This document shows, piece after piece, positions 15,528-25,420 of a stretch of DNA of 27,073 bases. Position 1 is the first letter of the stretch. Every line of letters begins with the position of its first letter. Position numbers and translations under genes: made by a program. The notes under the pieces were generated by a model. The model was not told the origin of the DNA and did no database searches. It was given only the letters and a program-made list of their open reading frames with translations. Source of the stretch: a virus (lineage: Duplodnaviria; Caudoviricetes). The stretch spans positions 1 through 27,073 of the IMG/VR virus record IMGVR_UViG_3300028586_000350, one strand, 5' to 3'.

Positions 15528-17521
15528 TGCCGGACGAGAGAGGCTATGAACGCCGCGTCGGATCGGCGAAGCCCGTGGCCTTGCCGCGGGCGTCGGCAGC
15601 GTCATTCGGAGCCGGGGTCGGCGCCGCTGTTGCGGACGTGGGCGAGGCGCTGGCGCGATCGCGCGAGATCGATCGCCGCAATACCGCGGACAGCGAGGCG
15701 GCCGACGCGGCGGTCAAGCTGGCGGCGGTCCGGCAGCGTCTCGACGCGGCGCGGGACGAGGCGAGGGCGGCGCCCGGCGTCGGCGCGGCGGATCACGTCA
15801 AGACCATGGAAGCGACGTTCGACACGACCGTCGCGGGGCTGGCCGATACGATCACGGATCAGCGCGTGCGGCGCAGCGTCACGACGCAGATTGCAGACCT
15901 TCGATCGAATTTTATCAGTGGCGAGCATAGCTGGCAGACGGTCTATGTCGCCAAGAAGAGCGCGACGGATATCGGTACCCTGATCGATCGGGGGTCCGCG
16001 CGGATTTTCACGAGCACCGATCCGCAAGCCTATGGCCAGGAGAGCCAAGCGTTCGACGAGGCGCTCGACGCGGCGCCGGGATTCGGCGCCGACCTGCGCG
16101 AGGCCGTGCGGCGCGAGGGGCATGCCAAGCTGGCGATCGCGCAGGCGGGGCGCATGGAGCGCGACAACCCGGCCGGCCTGATCGCCGCGGTCGATGGCGG
16201 CGCCTTCAACGACGTGCTCAACGCCGACCAGCTCGACCGGCTGCGCACGGGCGGCGCCGCGCAGTTGCGGATGATCGAGGCGCAGCAGCGCGCGCAGGCG
16301 GCCGCGCAGGTGACGGCAACGCGCGAGCAGCTGGCGACCAGGCGCGCCGAGCTCGATACCGGCGCGGGGAAGCCACAGGACTGGGTGACGCTCGCGGACC
16401 AATATGAGGCGATCGGCGACACGTCCGCAGCGGTGACGGCGCGCGCGTCGGGCGAGGCGATGATGGCGGGGCTGGCGCATCGCGGCGACAGCGTCGGCGA
16501 GCTCGACACCCAGATCGCCACCCTGACCGCGAAACAGGGGCGCGGCGGCCTGTCGCCGGCTGAGGCCGCGACGCTGAAGGGCGTGACGTCGCTGCGGGAC
16601 CAGAAGGCGCAGCGGCTCGGGCAACCGGGCGGGGCGTTGCTCGAGATGGAATTCGCCACGGGGCAACCGATCGCGCCGCTCGATCCGCGGGATCCGGCGT
16701 CGGTGCGGCTGCGCGGGCAGCAGGCGGCGCAGGCCGCGCAGCTGGCGGGGCGGCCGAATGCGATCGAGCCGTTCAAGCCGACCGAGTTGCCGGCGATCAA
16801 GGATCTGATGGAGAACGGCGCCGGCGGGCGGATCCAGGTCCTGCAGACGCTGGCCGCGTTCGGCGACGCGCGCGTGATCGACGGCGCGGCGCGGCAGGTA
16901 TCGGGCAGCGGCGACGGCGCGTTCCGGATCGCATCGCGAATGCTGACCTATCCGGCGGGGCAGGCGGTGGCGACGGCGATCGTGCGCGGTGACGAGCTGC
17001 GCGGCAAACAGCCCTGGCCGGAAAAGGCACAGCGCCTGGCGCGTGCAGATTTCCTGAAATATTATGGCGGCGCGATGCGGGGCGGCGACCTGCCGCCCGG
17101 CTATATCAACGACCTGTTCGACGGCGCGATGGCCTTCTATGCCAGCCGATCGAACGGCGGGGCGTATGACGCCGGCCGGTTCGCGGAAGCGACCGAGGCA
17201 GTACTGGGACGCAATGGCGGTCGCGGTGGTGTTGCGCGCGTCCCCGGGCAGGGCATCGTCATCGCCCCGCCGACGATGGCGCCCGACGCGATGATGACCC
17301 GGTTCGCGCGCGCCAAAAACGAGGACTATCAGGCCGCAGCCGGCGGGCGCGCACCGATCTATTCGGATGGTACACGTCTGACGCGAGGGGCGTTGCGCAC
17401 GATGTTGCCGACCCTGCTGGCGGATGGCCGCTATGGCTTTCGCGGGGCGAACGGCGCGCTGCTGCATGACGATCGCGGCGGGATCTATGCGGTCGACCTC
17501 GAGCGGCTGCCCGCACGATGA
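15527..17521 (+). CDS. Internal virion / ejection protein
   Basis: 664 aa, Ala-rich and helical, translationally coupled in the ejection gene block. Confidence 0.7.
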   Translation: MPDERGYERRVGSAKPVALPRASAASFGAGVGAAVADVGEALARSREIDRRNTADSEAADAAVKLAAVRQRLDAARDEARAAPGVGAADHVKTMEATFDTTVAGLADTITDQRVRRSVTTQIADLRSNFISGEHSWQTVYVAKKSATDIGTLIDRGSARIFTSTDPQAYGQESQAFDEALDAAPGFGADLREAVRREGHAKLAIAQAGRMERDNPAGLIAAVDGGAFNDVLNADQLDRLRTGGAAQLRMIEAQQRAQAAAQVTATREQLATRRAELDTGAGKPQDWVTLADQYEAIGDTSAAVTARASGEAMMAGLAHRGDSVGELDTQIATLTAKQGRGGLSPAEAATLKGVTSLRDQKAQRLGQPGGALLEMEFATGQPIAPLDPRDPASVRLRGQQAAQAAQLAGRPNAIEPFKPTELPAIKDLMENGAGGRIQVLQTLAAFGDARVIDGAARQVSGSGDGAFRIASRMLTYPAGQAVATAIVRGDELRGKQPWPEKAQRLARADFLKYYGGAMRGGDLPPGYINDLFDGAMAFYASRSNGGAYDAGRFAEATEAVLGRNGGRGGVARVPGQGIVIAPPTMAPDAMMTRFARAKNEDYQAAAGGRAPIYSDGTRLTRGALRTMLPTLLADGRYGFRGANGALLHDDRGGIYAVDLERLPAR

Positions 17522-18522
17522 CCGACCAGCGCGGCGGGCCGCTATCGACGTACCTGCCGACGCCCAATCCAATCGGGCCGGGCGTCCCCAAGCCGATCGA
17601 GCGGCCGACGCTGGGGCAGGTGTACGACGCCGCGACGACGACGTCGCGCGCCGACCTGCCAAGCGCCGAGCGGGACCGGCTGTACGAGGCGTACAAACCG
17701 ATCGTCGACGAGCTCAATCAGGGGCGATCGTGGTTCCGGCGCTATCACAATCCCGGCGCCGGCGGGGCGAACCTCGAAACCTACCTGTTCAACGACGACG
17801 GCAACCTGGTCGCGTCGGCACCGGGCGCCGAGGCGCAGGAGGATCATCTGTGGCGCGCGATCGACACCGCGCGCCTCGCCAACCCCAAGGCGTTCCCGGG
17901 CGTGCCGGCGACGCGGGACGATTTCCACGCGCAGATCCTCGCCAATGCCAAGACGAAGCTGCGGGGCGCGCGCGACACCATCGGGCGAAACGAGAGCTGG
18001 GCGGGCACCGGCGCGGAGATCGCCGCGGGGGTCGCCACCAGTTTTCGCGATCCGGTCAACATCGCGGCAATGCCGATCGGTGGCGTCGGGCGGAGCGTGG
18101 CGACGCGGATCGTCACGTCGGCGCTGGCGAACATGGCGGTCGAAGCGATCGAACAGCCGATCGTCGCCACGCAACGCGAGAAGCTGGGCGAAAAGCTGAC
18201 GATCGGCGAAGCGGCGACCAACGTGGCCATCGCCGGCGTGTTCGGTGGCGTGCTGCAAGGCGCCGGGGAACTTGCCGCGCCGTTGCTGGGCGGTGCGATC
18301 GGTCGCGGCCGTGCGCTGGCAGCGAAGGCCCGCGAGCGGATCGGCTGGGAGAACATGACCTCGCCCGAAAAGGTCGCGGTGCTGTCGCTGGAACGTGATG
18401 CCGATATCGCCGCGACCAGCCCGTTCAAGCCGGGGGCCGGTACCGACGCGCATGTCGATCGGATCGAGAGGACGGTCGCGGGGCTGAAGGCGGGCGAAGG
18501 TGTGCCCCGCCGGCGCCGGTGA
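17518..18522 (+). CDS. Ejection protein, N-terminal part (possibly frameshifted into 18519-20141)
   Basis: DPVNIAAMPIGG and Gly-rich hydrophobic helices typical of injection proteins. It ends abruptly in VPRRRR. Confidence 0.65.
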   Translation: MTDQRGGPLSTYLPTPNPIGPGVPKPIERPTLGQVYDAATTTSRADLPSAERDRLYEAYKPIVDELNQGRSWFRRYHNPGAGGANLETYLFNDDGNLVASAPGAEAQEDHLWRAIDTARLANPKAFPGVPATRDDFHAQILANAKTKLRGARDTIGRNESWAGTGAEIAAGVATSFRDPVNIAAMPIGGVGRSVATRIVTSALANMAVEAIEQPIVATQREKLGEKLTIGEAATNVAIAGVFGGVLQGAGELAAPLLGGAIGRGRALAAKARERIGWENMTSPEKVAVLSLERDADIAATSPFKPGAGTDAHVDRIERTVAGLKAGEGVPRRRR

Positions 18523-20141
18523 AGCCGCGGTTCGACTTCAACACCTGGTCGAACCGGGTGGGCGGCGCCGAGAATGGCGGCAAATGGCAGGGCGGTTCGT
18601 CGAGCTCGTCCGCCTATGGGATGTACCAGATCACCCGGGACACCTGGCTGCGCTATGCCGAAAAGGCGCGGGTCAAGGGCGTCGACGATGATGCGACGTG
18701 GGGCAAGCGCACGAACCCGACCGCGCAGGAGGCCGTGTTTACCGCGCTGACGCGGGACAACCGCGATGCGTTGGCGCGGATCGGCGCGCCCGAAACCTAT
18801 GGCAATCTGTACCTGATGCACTTCGCCGGCAGCGGCGCCGGCGCGAAGATCCTGAAGGCGGCGCCGGGCACGCCGATCGAATGCGTGCTGTCGCAAAAGG
18901 CGATCGCGGCAAACCCGTTCCTGGTCGGCAAGTCGACCGGCGATGTCGTCGCCTGGGCACATGCCAAGATGGGCGAGACCCCGAACGCGGGGCCGGTGCT
19001 GTCGCGCAGCGGGTTCGACGAACATGACGCCGGCGACGCCGAGTGGCGCGCGGCGCAGGCGGAGGTTGAGGCGGCCGAGCGCCAGATCGGTGACGCGAAC
19101 CGCGCCGACGTCGACGAGGCGATGCCGCGGTCCGCGACCGACAACGACATTCCGTTCGACCTGGACGAGAATGGGGCGACGCGCAGTGGTCAGCAGCGCG
19201 ATCCGTTCGCCGACCTGCCCGACGATATGGTCGACGCCCGGCCGGTCCGCATCGACGGGTCGATGGACGCGGAGCCGGTTCGCCCGACGCTGTCCCAGGC
19301 CGAGGCGGCGGATCTCGAGGCCCGAGGGCTTGGCCCCGCGTCCGCGCTGTCGTTCGTCAGCAAGGAAGGCCCTCCCGGGGTTTCGTTCGTCAATGAGGGC
19401 GGCGATTATGCCACGGCGATCTACCGCGACCAGAGCGGCGCCGCGCGCGGGATCGTGCGGATGCCGATCAGCGACGAGGCGCGGAAGATCAGCAACGAGG
19501 TCAGCAGCTATGTCGTGCCCGAGTTGCGCCGGCAGGGCATTGCGACCCAGCTGTACGACAGCATTCGCGCCAACGGGTTCGACGTCGACGGTTTGAGCGG
19601 CACCGCGGACCTGACCCCCGACGGTGCGGCGTTCGTCAACGCCCGTCGCGCCCGACCGGCCGACGCGCCGGCGCCGTCATCGGTCCCCCGCCGCTATCAG
19701 GACTGGCAATCGCCCAACGACGAGCTCGACACGTACTGGCGGTATCAGGCGGAAACGCCCGAGGGGATGCAGCCGGTATGGGCGATGCGCGACGCGAGCG
19801 GCGCGATCGTCAAATGGGCGCCGTCGAAGCGCGCGATCGCGCGCGAGCTCGACCGCGAATTCTTTCCCGAGAATTTCACCGTCGGGCAGGTCGAGCCCAG
19901 TCTGCGTGGCGCGGAGGCCGAGCCGATGCCGGCGCCGATCGCCGGGTTCGACAATCCGGACGACATCGCGGCCACGCGCCAGATCGACAGCATGGTCCAC
20001 GACCTGAAGATGCTCGTCGACGAGGTGCCCGACATGCGCGTGCGCGTCGGTGACGATGGGGTCGATCATCCGCTGGCGGACGTGCTGGCCGAGCTCGACG
20101 CCGACGAGGCCGCGATCGACGCCGCGCGCAAGTGCATGTGA
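18519..20141 (+). CDS. Ejection protein part with a lytic transglycosylase-like domain and a GNAT-like domain
   Basis: AENGG...SSAYGMYQITRDTW and LYLMHFAG (lysozyme-like/SLT), and YVVPELRRQGIATQLYD...LTPDGAAF (GNAT motif A). Confidence 0.75.
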   Translation: MKPRFDFNTWSNRVGGAENGGKWQGGSSSSSAYGMYQITRDTWLRYAEKARVKGVDDDATWGKRTNPTAQEAVFTALTRDNRDALARIGAPETYGNLYLMHFAGSGAGAKILKAAPGTPIECVLSQKAIAANPFLVGKSTGDVVAWAHAKMGETPNAGPVLSRSGFDEHDAGDAEWRAAQAEVEAAERQIGDANRADVDEAMPRSATDNDIPFDLDENGATRSGQQRDPFADLPDDMVDARPVRIDGSMDAEPVRPTLSQAEAADLEARGLGPASALSFVSKEGPPGVSFVNEGGDYATAIYRDQSGAARGIVRMPISDEARKISNEVSSYVVPELRRQGIATQLYDSIRANGFDVDGLSGTADLTPDGAAFVNARRARPADAPAPSSVPRRYQDWQSPNDELDTYWRYQAETPEGMQPVWAMRDASGAIVKWAPSKRAIARELDREFFPENFTVGQVEPSLRGAEAEPMPAPIAGFDNPDDIAATRQIDSMVHDLKMLVDEVPDMRVRVGDDGVDHPLADVLAELDADEAAIDAARKCM

Positions 20142-20154
20142 CGAAGGATAGACG

Positions 20155-22752
20155 ATGTCGTTAGGTGCCTGCATTCCCGATATGCTGAAGCGGGGCGAGA
20201 TCGACCCGACGCGGGCCGCGCGGATGAAGACGTTGTTCGACGAACTCGAACGCCAGTATCGCACCCGCATGTCGCCGGCCGCGGCCGCGGCCGAGGCGAG
20301 CGAGAAGACGCTGACGAAACTCGTCTACGAGGCGCGGCTGAAGAAGCGCCAGACGCTGCTCCAGGTGACGGCACAGCACCGGCTGACGCGCGAAATGGAG
20401 AGTTTCGCGGGCGGTGGTCACGACAAATATCGCTCGGCCGCGGCCGCGGTGTTCGATCGCGATTGGAAGGGCAGGGCGCAATACGGCAGCATCGAGGGGC
20501 GCCGGCGCGCGATCGTCGGGCAGGCGCATGCGATGATGGCCGACGTGCTCGAGCGGCATCACCGCGGGTTCGTGACCGGCGGGCAGCGCAACAAGGCGGA
20601 CCTGGTCGACCTCGAGCGCGAGGCGTTCGGCGAGGACAGCGGCAATGCGGCCGCGAAGGAGCTGGCGGCCGCGTGGGACGACACGGCCGAATGGTTGCGG
20701 CAGCGGGCGAACGCGGCCGGCGCCGATATCGGTAAGCTCGACAAATGGGGCTTTCCCCAGCGGCACAATTCGCAGGCGGTCCGCGAGGCGGCAGACGCCA
20801 ACCCGGAATACCGTGCGCTTGAAGCGGAGCTCAAGACGGCGCGTGCCGAGGGGCGCAAGGGCGACGTGACGCGGATCGGCGATCGCATGGTCGACATGGC
20901 CTCACAGAGCTGGCGCGATTTCATCACGCCGCGGCTCGACCGGGCGCGGATGATCGACAAGACCACGGGCGAGGCCTTCACCCCCGAGGCGCTGGACGCG
21001 GCGTTGGACGGGGTGTTCCGGACGATCCGCACCGACGGATGGGAGGGCCGGGCGCTGGGCGCGATGGGGGGCAGCAAGCTGGCCAGCAGCCTGAGCGAAG
21101 AACGGTTCCTGATTTTCAAGGATGCGGCCGGATGGAGCGACTATAACGAGCGGTTCGGCGCGGGAAATTCATTCGATGCAATGAACAATCATATCGAACG
21201 GATGGCGCGCGACGTCGCGCACATGGAGCTGCTGGGACCGAGCCCGGCCGCACAGGTCAAGTGGATGAACGACCTGGTCGAGAGCAAGCGCCAGCTGACG
21301 CCGGACAGCAAGAAGACCGGTCAGAAGGCTGACGGGCTGCTGGTGTCGATCGACAACCTGTTCGCGACGACGTCGGGCGCGCTGTCGGCACCGGTCGATC
21401 CGAATTTTGCCAAGCGCATCGGATCCGCCCGCAACCTGCTGGTCGCGGCCCAGCTCGGCAGCGCGGTGGTGACGGCGGTGCCGACCGACATCGCCTTCAG
21501 CACGCTCGCGCGGGTCTATCGCGGGTTGCCGATCATGCGCGGCGCGTGGGAATTCGCGCAGCTGCTGAAGGCCGGCGATCGTCACGACGCGATCGCGTCC
21601 GGGCTGATCGCGGAGGAAGCCAGCCGGTCGCTGCAATCGGGCAACCGGTTCGTCGCCGACGAGCAGATCGGCGCGAAATCGGGGTGGCTGGCCGAGCGCC
21701 TGATGAACCTGTCGCTGATCGCGCCCTGGACGCAGACTGCGCGGTGGACGTTCGGGCGGGGCATGCAGGCCGAGCTCGGCAAGCAGGCCGCCCGGCCGCT
21801 CGACCAGGTGCCGGCGCGGTTCCAGCAGATGCTGCGCGAATATGGTTTGAGTAACGGAGAATGGGAGCAGGTTCGCAAGACTGCCCTGACCGATGGCGTG
21901 TTCCTCGAGCCGATGAAGATCGAGAACCGGGGCCTGCGCGATCGCGTGCTCGAGATGATCCTGATGGAGACGGACGCCGCGGTCCCGGCGACGACCGTGA
22001 CGGGGCGCGCGGCCCTGTCGTTCGGGCAGCGCCCCGGATCCGCGGGCGGCGAATTCCTGCGCAGTATCGGCCAGTACAAGTCGTTCGGCGTCAGCTTGAT
22101 CCAGATGCAGGCCGGGCGGATCATGGCGGAGAAGGGGGCGGGCAACAAACTCCTGTACCTGGCGGGGCTCAGCGCGCTCGGCACGGCGGGCGGGCTGATC
22201 GCCAACTGGGCGCGCGACATCCGCAGCGGCAACGATCCGCAGCCGCTAGACGAGGCGACGATCGGCAAGGCGTTCCTGACGGGGGTCGGCTTCGGCGTGT
22301 TCGGCGATTACCTGACGGCCGTCACCAGCGATCGCGCGGGCGCCTGGCCGGCCGCGGTCGCCGGGCCGCTGGTCGGTGCGACCGGGGAATTCGGTGAAGT
22401 CGCGGTCGGATCCGCCTTCGAGACGTACAAATGGGCGAAGGAGCCCGATGAAGATCGGGATGGCGATCCCAAGACCTGGAACGAGCAGACGCATGCGGGC
22501 CGCAAGGCCGTGCGCCTGGTCAAGCGATACACCCCCGGCACGAACATCTGGTACGCCCGCAAGGCGGCCAAGGTGATGCTGTGGGATCAGCTGCAATATC
22601 TGTTCGATGACAACGCGCAGCAGTCGTTCGATCAGGCGTCCCGCAACCGCGCCCGCGAGGGCCGCGCCGACTGGTGGCAACCGGGCCAGATGGCACCCGA
22701 GCGAGCGCCGAACATGGACCTGGGGCGCGAGCGGGATCCCGACAAGGAATAG
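20155..22752 (+). CDS. Large internal virion / ejection protein
   Basis: 865 aa, AAGGA RBS, AAGADIGKLDKWGFPQRH and GEFLRSIGQYKSF motifs, hydrophobic C-terminal helices. Last gene before the tailspike. Confidence 0.78.
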   Translation: MSLGACIPDMLKRGEIDPTRAARMKTLFDELERQYRTRMSPAAAAAEASEKTLTKLVYEARLKKRQTLLQVTAQHRLTREMESFAGGGHDKYRSAAAAVFDRDWKGRAQYGSIEGRRRAIVGQAHAMMADVLERHHRGFVTGGQRNKADLVDLEREAFGEDSGNAAAKELAAAWDDTAEWLRQRANAAGADIGKLDKWGFPQRHNSQAVREAADANPEYRALEAELKTARAEGRKGDVTRIGDRMVDMASQSWRDFITPRLDRARMIDKTTGEAFTPEALDAALDGVFRTIRTDGWEGRALGAMGGSKLASSLSEERFLIFKDAAGWSDYNERFGAGNSFDAMNNHIERMARDVAHMELLGPSPAAQVKWMNDLVESKRQLTPDSKKTGQKADGLLVSIDNLFATTSGALSAPVDPNFAKRIGSARNLLVAAQLGSAVVTAVPTDIAFSTLARVYRGLPIMRGAWEFAQLLKAGDRHDAIASGLIAEEASRSLQSGNRFVADEQIGAKSGWLAERLMNLSLIAPWTQTARWTFGRGMQAELGKQAARPLDQVPARFQQMLREYGLSNGEWEQVRKTALTDGVFLEPMKIENRGLRDRVLEMILMETDAAVPATTVTGRAALSFGQRPGSAGGEFLRSIGQYKSFGVSLIQMQAGRIMAEKGAGNKLLYLAGLSALGTAGGLIANWARDIRSGNDPQPLDEATIGKAFLTGVGFGVFGDYLTAVTSDRAGAWPAAVAGPLVGATGEFGEVAVGSAFETYKWAKEPDEDRDGDPKTWNEQTHAGRKAVRLVKRYTPGTNIWYARKAAKVMLWDQLQYLFDDNAQQSFDQASRNRAREGRADWWQPGQMAPERAPNMDLGRERDPDKE

Positions 22753-22783
22753 CTTGGCGGCGAATCTGCAGCCTGATATATAG
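22753..22783 (+). promoter_or_regulatory. Putative late promoter for the tailspike and lysis genes
   Basis: CTTGGCGGCGAATCTGCAGCCTGATATATAG reads TTGGCG-N17-TATATA, contains GANTC and matches 9925-9955. Confidence 0.65.
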
Positions 22784-22847
22784 CGGCCTCCCGGTGATGA
22801 CGGCACCGGTCCCACGCCCCCGATGACTAACGCCCGGGGTGTGGTGA

Positions 22848-25229
22848 ATGACCGTTGCTGCGCTGCCATCCGTTGCCGACTATCTGGAAGACGGCGTAAC
22901 CACGGCGTTTCCAGCCCCCTTTCGTTTCAAGGCCGCGACCGACCTGATCGTCGAGCGCATCGTCGCCGGCGACGTCATCACGCTTGCGATCGGCGTCGAT
23001 TATGCGGTCGTCGGCGGACAGTCGGACAGCGGTGGCACCGTGACGCGCACGGCTGCGACGGCCGGCGCGACGCTGCGGATCCGCCGCAACACCGCACGCG
23101 CCCAGCCTATGGTCTATACCACGGGCGATCGTTTTCCAGCCGTAAGCCACGAAGAGGCGCTCGATCGCCAGATGCTGATCGCGCAGGAACAGGGGGATGA
23201 TGTCGCGGATCTGACCGACCGCGCCTTGCTCCTGCCGCCCGGCGAAGCGTCGATCAACCTACCGATCGCCGATCTACGCGCCGGCGCCGCCTTGGTCTTC
23301 GACGAGAACGGGCAGCCGGTTGCGAAGCCTATCGGTAGCTTCCCGGCAGGGCCTACCGGCGCAGCCGACAACACCTATACCAGCCGCTCGCTGCTTCGGT
23401 CATCCGAGAAGACCCGCAAGACCGCCTCGCTGGTTGGCGACGATGCAGTCGCAGATGGCCGTTTCAACTACGAGACGGACAATGCGCCCTACACCGACGA
23501 CGACGGCTTCACGACGCTTGTTCCGCCGGGCGACCTGGTAGGCGCATGGGTAAGGCAGAGATCCGGTGGACTGACCTTCACGCAATCAGGCACCGGCGCC
23601 GTGTCGCGTACCCAGGAAGACAAATCCGGCGAATTCGTCTCTGTCCTCGACTTCCAGCGCCCGAGCGATCCGAACGACACGCTGTCTTTCCAGCGAGCGC
23701 TGGAGACGGGGAAGCGCATGCTGATCCCCTACGGTCGCGCGATAGCGTCGGATGGCATCTACCGCGCCAGCAACGTCGCGCTGCACAGTGGCGCCTCGAT
23801 CTATAGCGACAACGCGCTGACGGTCATCCGCCCATCGGCTCCATTTTTGCGCGCCATTTTCAACGCGAATAGCGGCAGCGCGACGAACTTTATCGAAGGC
23901 ATCACACTTTCCACCTTCACCATGCGCGGCTTCGTTGTGGAGAACGGGTTTTCAGAACATCATCACTTGCTCTGCCTGAATGGTGTGCGCGGCGCAGTGA
24001 TCGATCAGGTTAGCTTTATCGGCGCGCAGGGGGATGCCTTGTATGTCGGTTCAGGCGATGTTTTCGGTGATGAAAGACATAATTTCGGCTGGCACGTTCG
24101 CAACTGCCGCTTTGATGGGCTCATCCGAGACAATCGAAACGGCATTTCGATTATCGACGGCATCGACTGGTCGATCGTCGGTTCTCGTTTCCAATCCCTA
24201 TCGCGGTCCAACATGCCGGGGCCTATTGATATGGAGCCAGACAGCCAGTCTTTTCACCGGATCTCAGATGGATTGATCGCAAGCAACAGCTTCGACGGAA
24301 ACGGCGGAAATCTTGGACAGATCGGTATACTCTTCCCGACCTCCGTTCCGCTGCCATCGCGCATAACGATCCGTGACAACACCTTTACGAACTATCTTGG
24401 GGTCGGCGCAGAGATCGCCATCGACGTTAAGCGGACGATTTTGTCGTCGGACTATTCGATGGATGTTCTGATTGACGGCAACAAGGGATCTAATGGCGTT
24501 CGTCCGATCGATATCTATGCGGCCAAAGGTGTTTCGATGCTGGAAACCAACTCCTTTCAGGATTATACAGGCCCAGCCTTTGTTGGGTTCAACGGCACCA
24601 CCGATACAGCGTGGAATACCACCTTCGCCCCGGTTCTACGTCGGGTCGGTATCGCGTCCACTCGAGGCGTGCTGGTCGGGAAGGTCAATGGCTTGGATTT
24701 CGGGCCAACTATCGAGGAAAGTGGGACCGACACGCCCACGTCCTTCCCATTACAGTTCGTCAACGTCGCCTCGACTGCCGTACGTATCAGCGGCTTGCGG
24801 CTGAAGAAGCGTCCAAACCAGACTGTCGGCATAAATCTGGCCGGAGCTACCCTCGACACGGCCAGCAACCGGTATCTGAACAATGATCTGGACGGCCTTG
24901 CCAACCAGTTCACCAGTTCAACCACAAGCCCCGCTGACCTGTCGCTGATGAGCGGGTGGACGAACGCCGGCACGACCAAGCTATACCGAAGCACTGTCGG
25001 GTTTGTGACCGTGGTGCTTAATATCACCGGCGGAACAACGTCAGTAGCAACACAGGTGGCTCTGCTTCCTCCGGAGTACCGGCCACCTACGGCGGTCAGC
25101 CAAGCGTTTGTCTCTGGCACGGGAATGTCCGCTCTGCGGTTTGATCCAAATGGAGCCGTCTTCATCACGCCGACAGCAGCACCATCCGCGGCGCTGATGG
25201 GCACCGTTACCTTCCCAACAGGACAATGA
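22848..25229 (+). CDS. Tailspike / receptor-binding protein with a right-handed beta-helix (putative depolymerase)
   Basis: N-terminal gp17-like anchor (DGVTTAFPAPFRF...HEEALDR), FTQSGTGAVSRT...VSVLDF...DTLSFQRAL (pectate-lyase-3-like start), Asn/Gly-rich beta-helix rungs and a C-terminal LPPEYRP domain. Confidence 0.88.
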   Translation: MTVAALPSVADYLEDGVTTAFPAPFRFKAATDLIVERIVAGDVITLAIGVDYAVVGGQSDSGGTVTRTAATAGATLRIRRNTARAQPMVYTTGDRFPAVSHEEALDRQMLIAQEQGDDVADLTDRALLLPPGEASINLPIADLRAGAALVFDENGQPVAKPIGSFPAGPTGAADNTYTSRSLLRSSEKTRKTASLVGDDAVADGRFNYETDNAPYTDDDGFTTLVPPGDLVGAWVRQRSGGLTFTQSGTGAVSRTQEDKSGEFVSVLDFQRPSDPNDTLSFQRALETGKRMLIPYGRAIASDGIYRASNVALHSGASIYSDNALTVIRPSAPFLRAIFNANSGSATNFIEGITLSTFTMRGFVVENGFSEHHHLLCLNGVRGAVIDQVSFIGAQGDALYVGSGDVFGDERHNFGWHVRNCRFDGLIRDNRNGISIIDGIDWSIVGSRFQSLSRSNMPGPIDMEPDSQSFHRISDGLIASNSFDGNGGNLGQIGILFPTSVPLPSRITIRDNTFTNYLGVGAEIAIDVKRTILSSDYSMDVLIDGNKGSNGVRPIDIYAAKGVSMLETNSFQDYTGPAFVGFNGTTDTAWNTTFAPVLRRVGIASTRGVLVGKVNGLDFGPTIEESGTDTPTSFPLQFVNVASTAVRISGLRLKKRPNQTVGINLAGATLDTASNRYLNNDLDGLANQFTSSTTSPADLSLMSGWTNAGTTKLYRSTVGFVTVVLNITGGTTSVATQVALLPPEYRPPTAVSQAFVSGTGMSALRFDPNGAVFITPTAAPSAALMGTVTFPTGQ

Positions 25230-25387
25230 TCATGCGCTACCTTTTCGAACCTGAGCCCGGTGTCAGCATGGCTCGCGAGATCGGCGAGCTCGTATCCCAA
25301 GACGGTGACACGATCATGCTGCTTTGGAACGGTCAGGAGTACACCCGCAACCGTATGACGGACTTCGTGCGCGAGGTGATGGAGTGA
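25226..25387 (+). CDS. Small hypothetical protein (53 aa)
   Basis: ATGA overlap with the tailspike stop; MIMRYLFEPEPG...FVREVME. Absent from the ORF track because it is under 60 aa. Confidence 0.6.
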   Translation: MIMRYLFEPEPGVSMAREIGELVSQDGDTIMLLWNGQEYTRNRMTDFVREVME

Positions 25388-25420
25388 TCGCGCTTCGCAT
25401 CCTCAGCGGGGTGGTGGCTC

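Noticed and set aside
12115-22869. Long minus-strand ORFs such as 12115-14190, 15602-17662 and 17844-19025
   Set aside because: Arg/Pro-rich shadows of well-supported plus-strand structural genes, as expected from GC3 bias.
22848-25420. Diversity-generating retroelement as in BPP-1
   Set aside because: No reverse transcriptase, no template/variable repeat pair seen, and the receptor-binding protein is a beta-helix spike rather than a C-type lectin Mtd.
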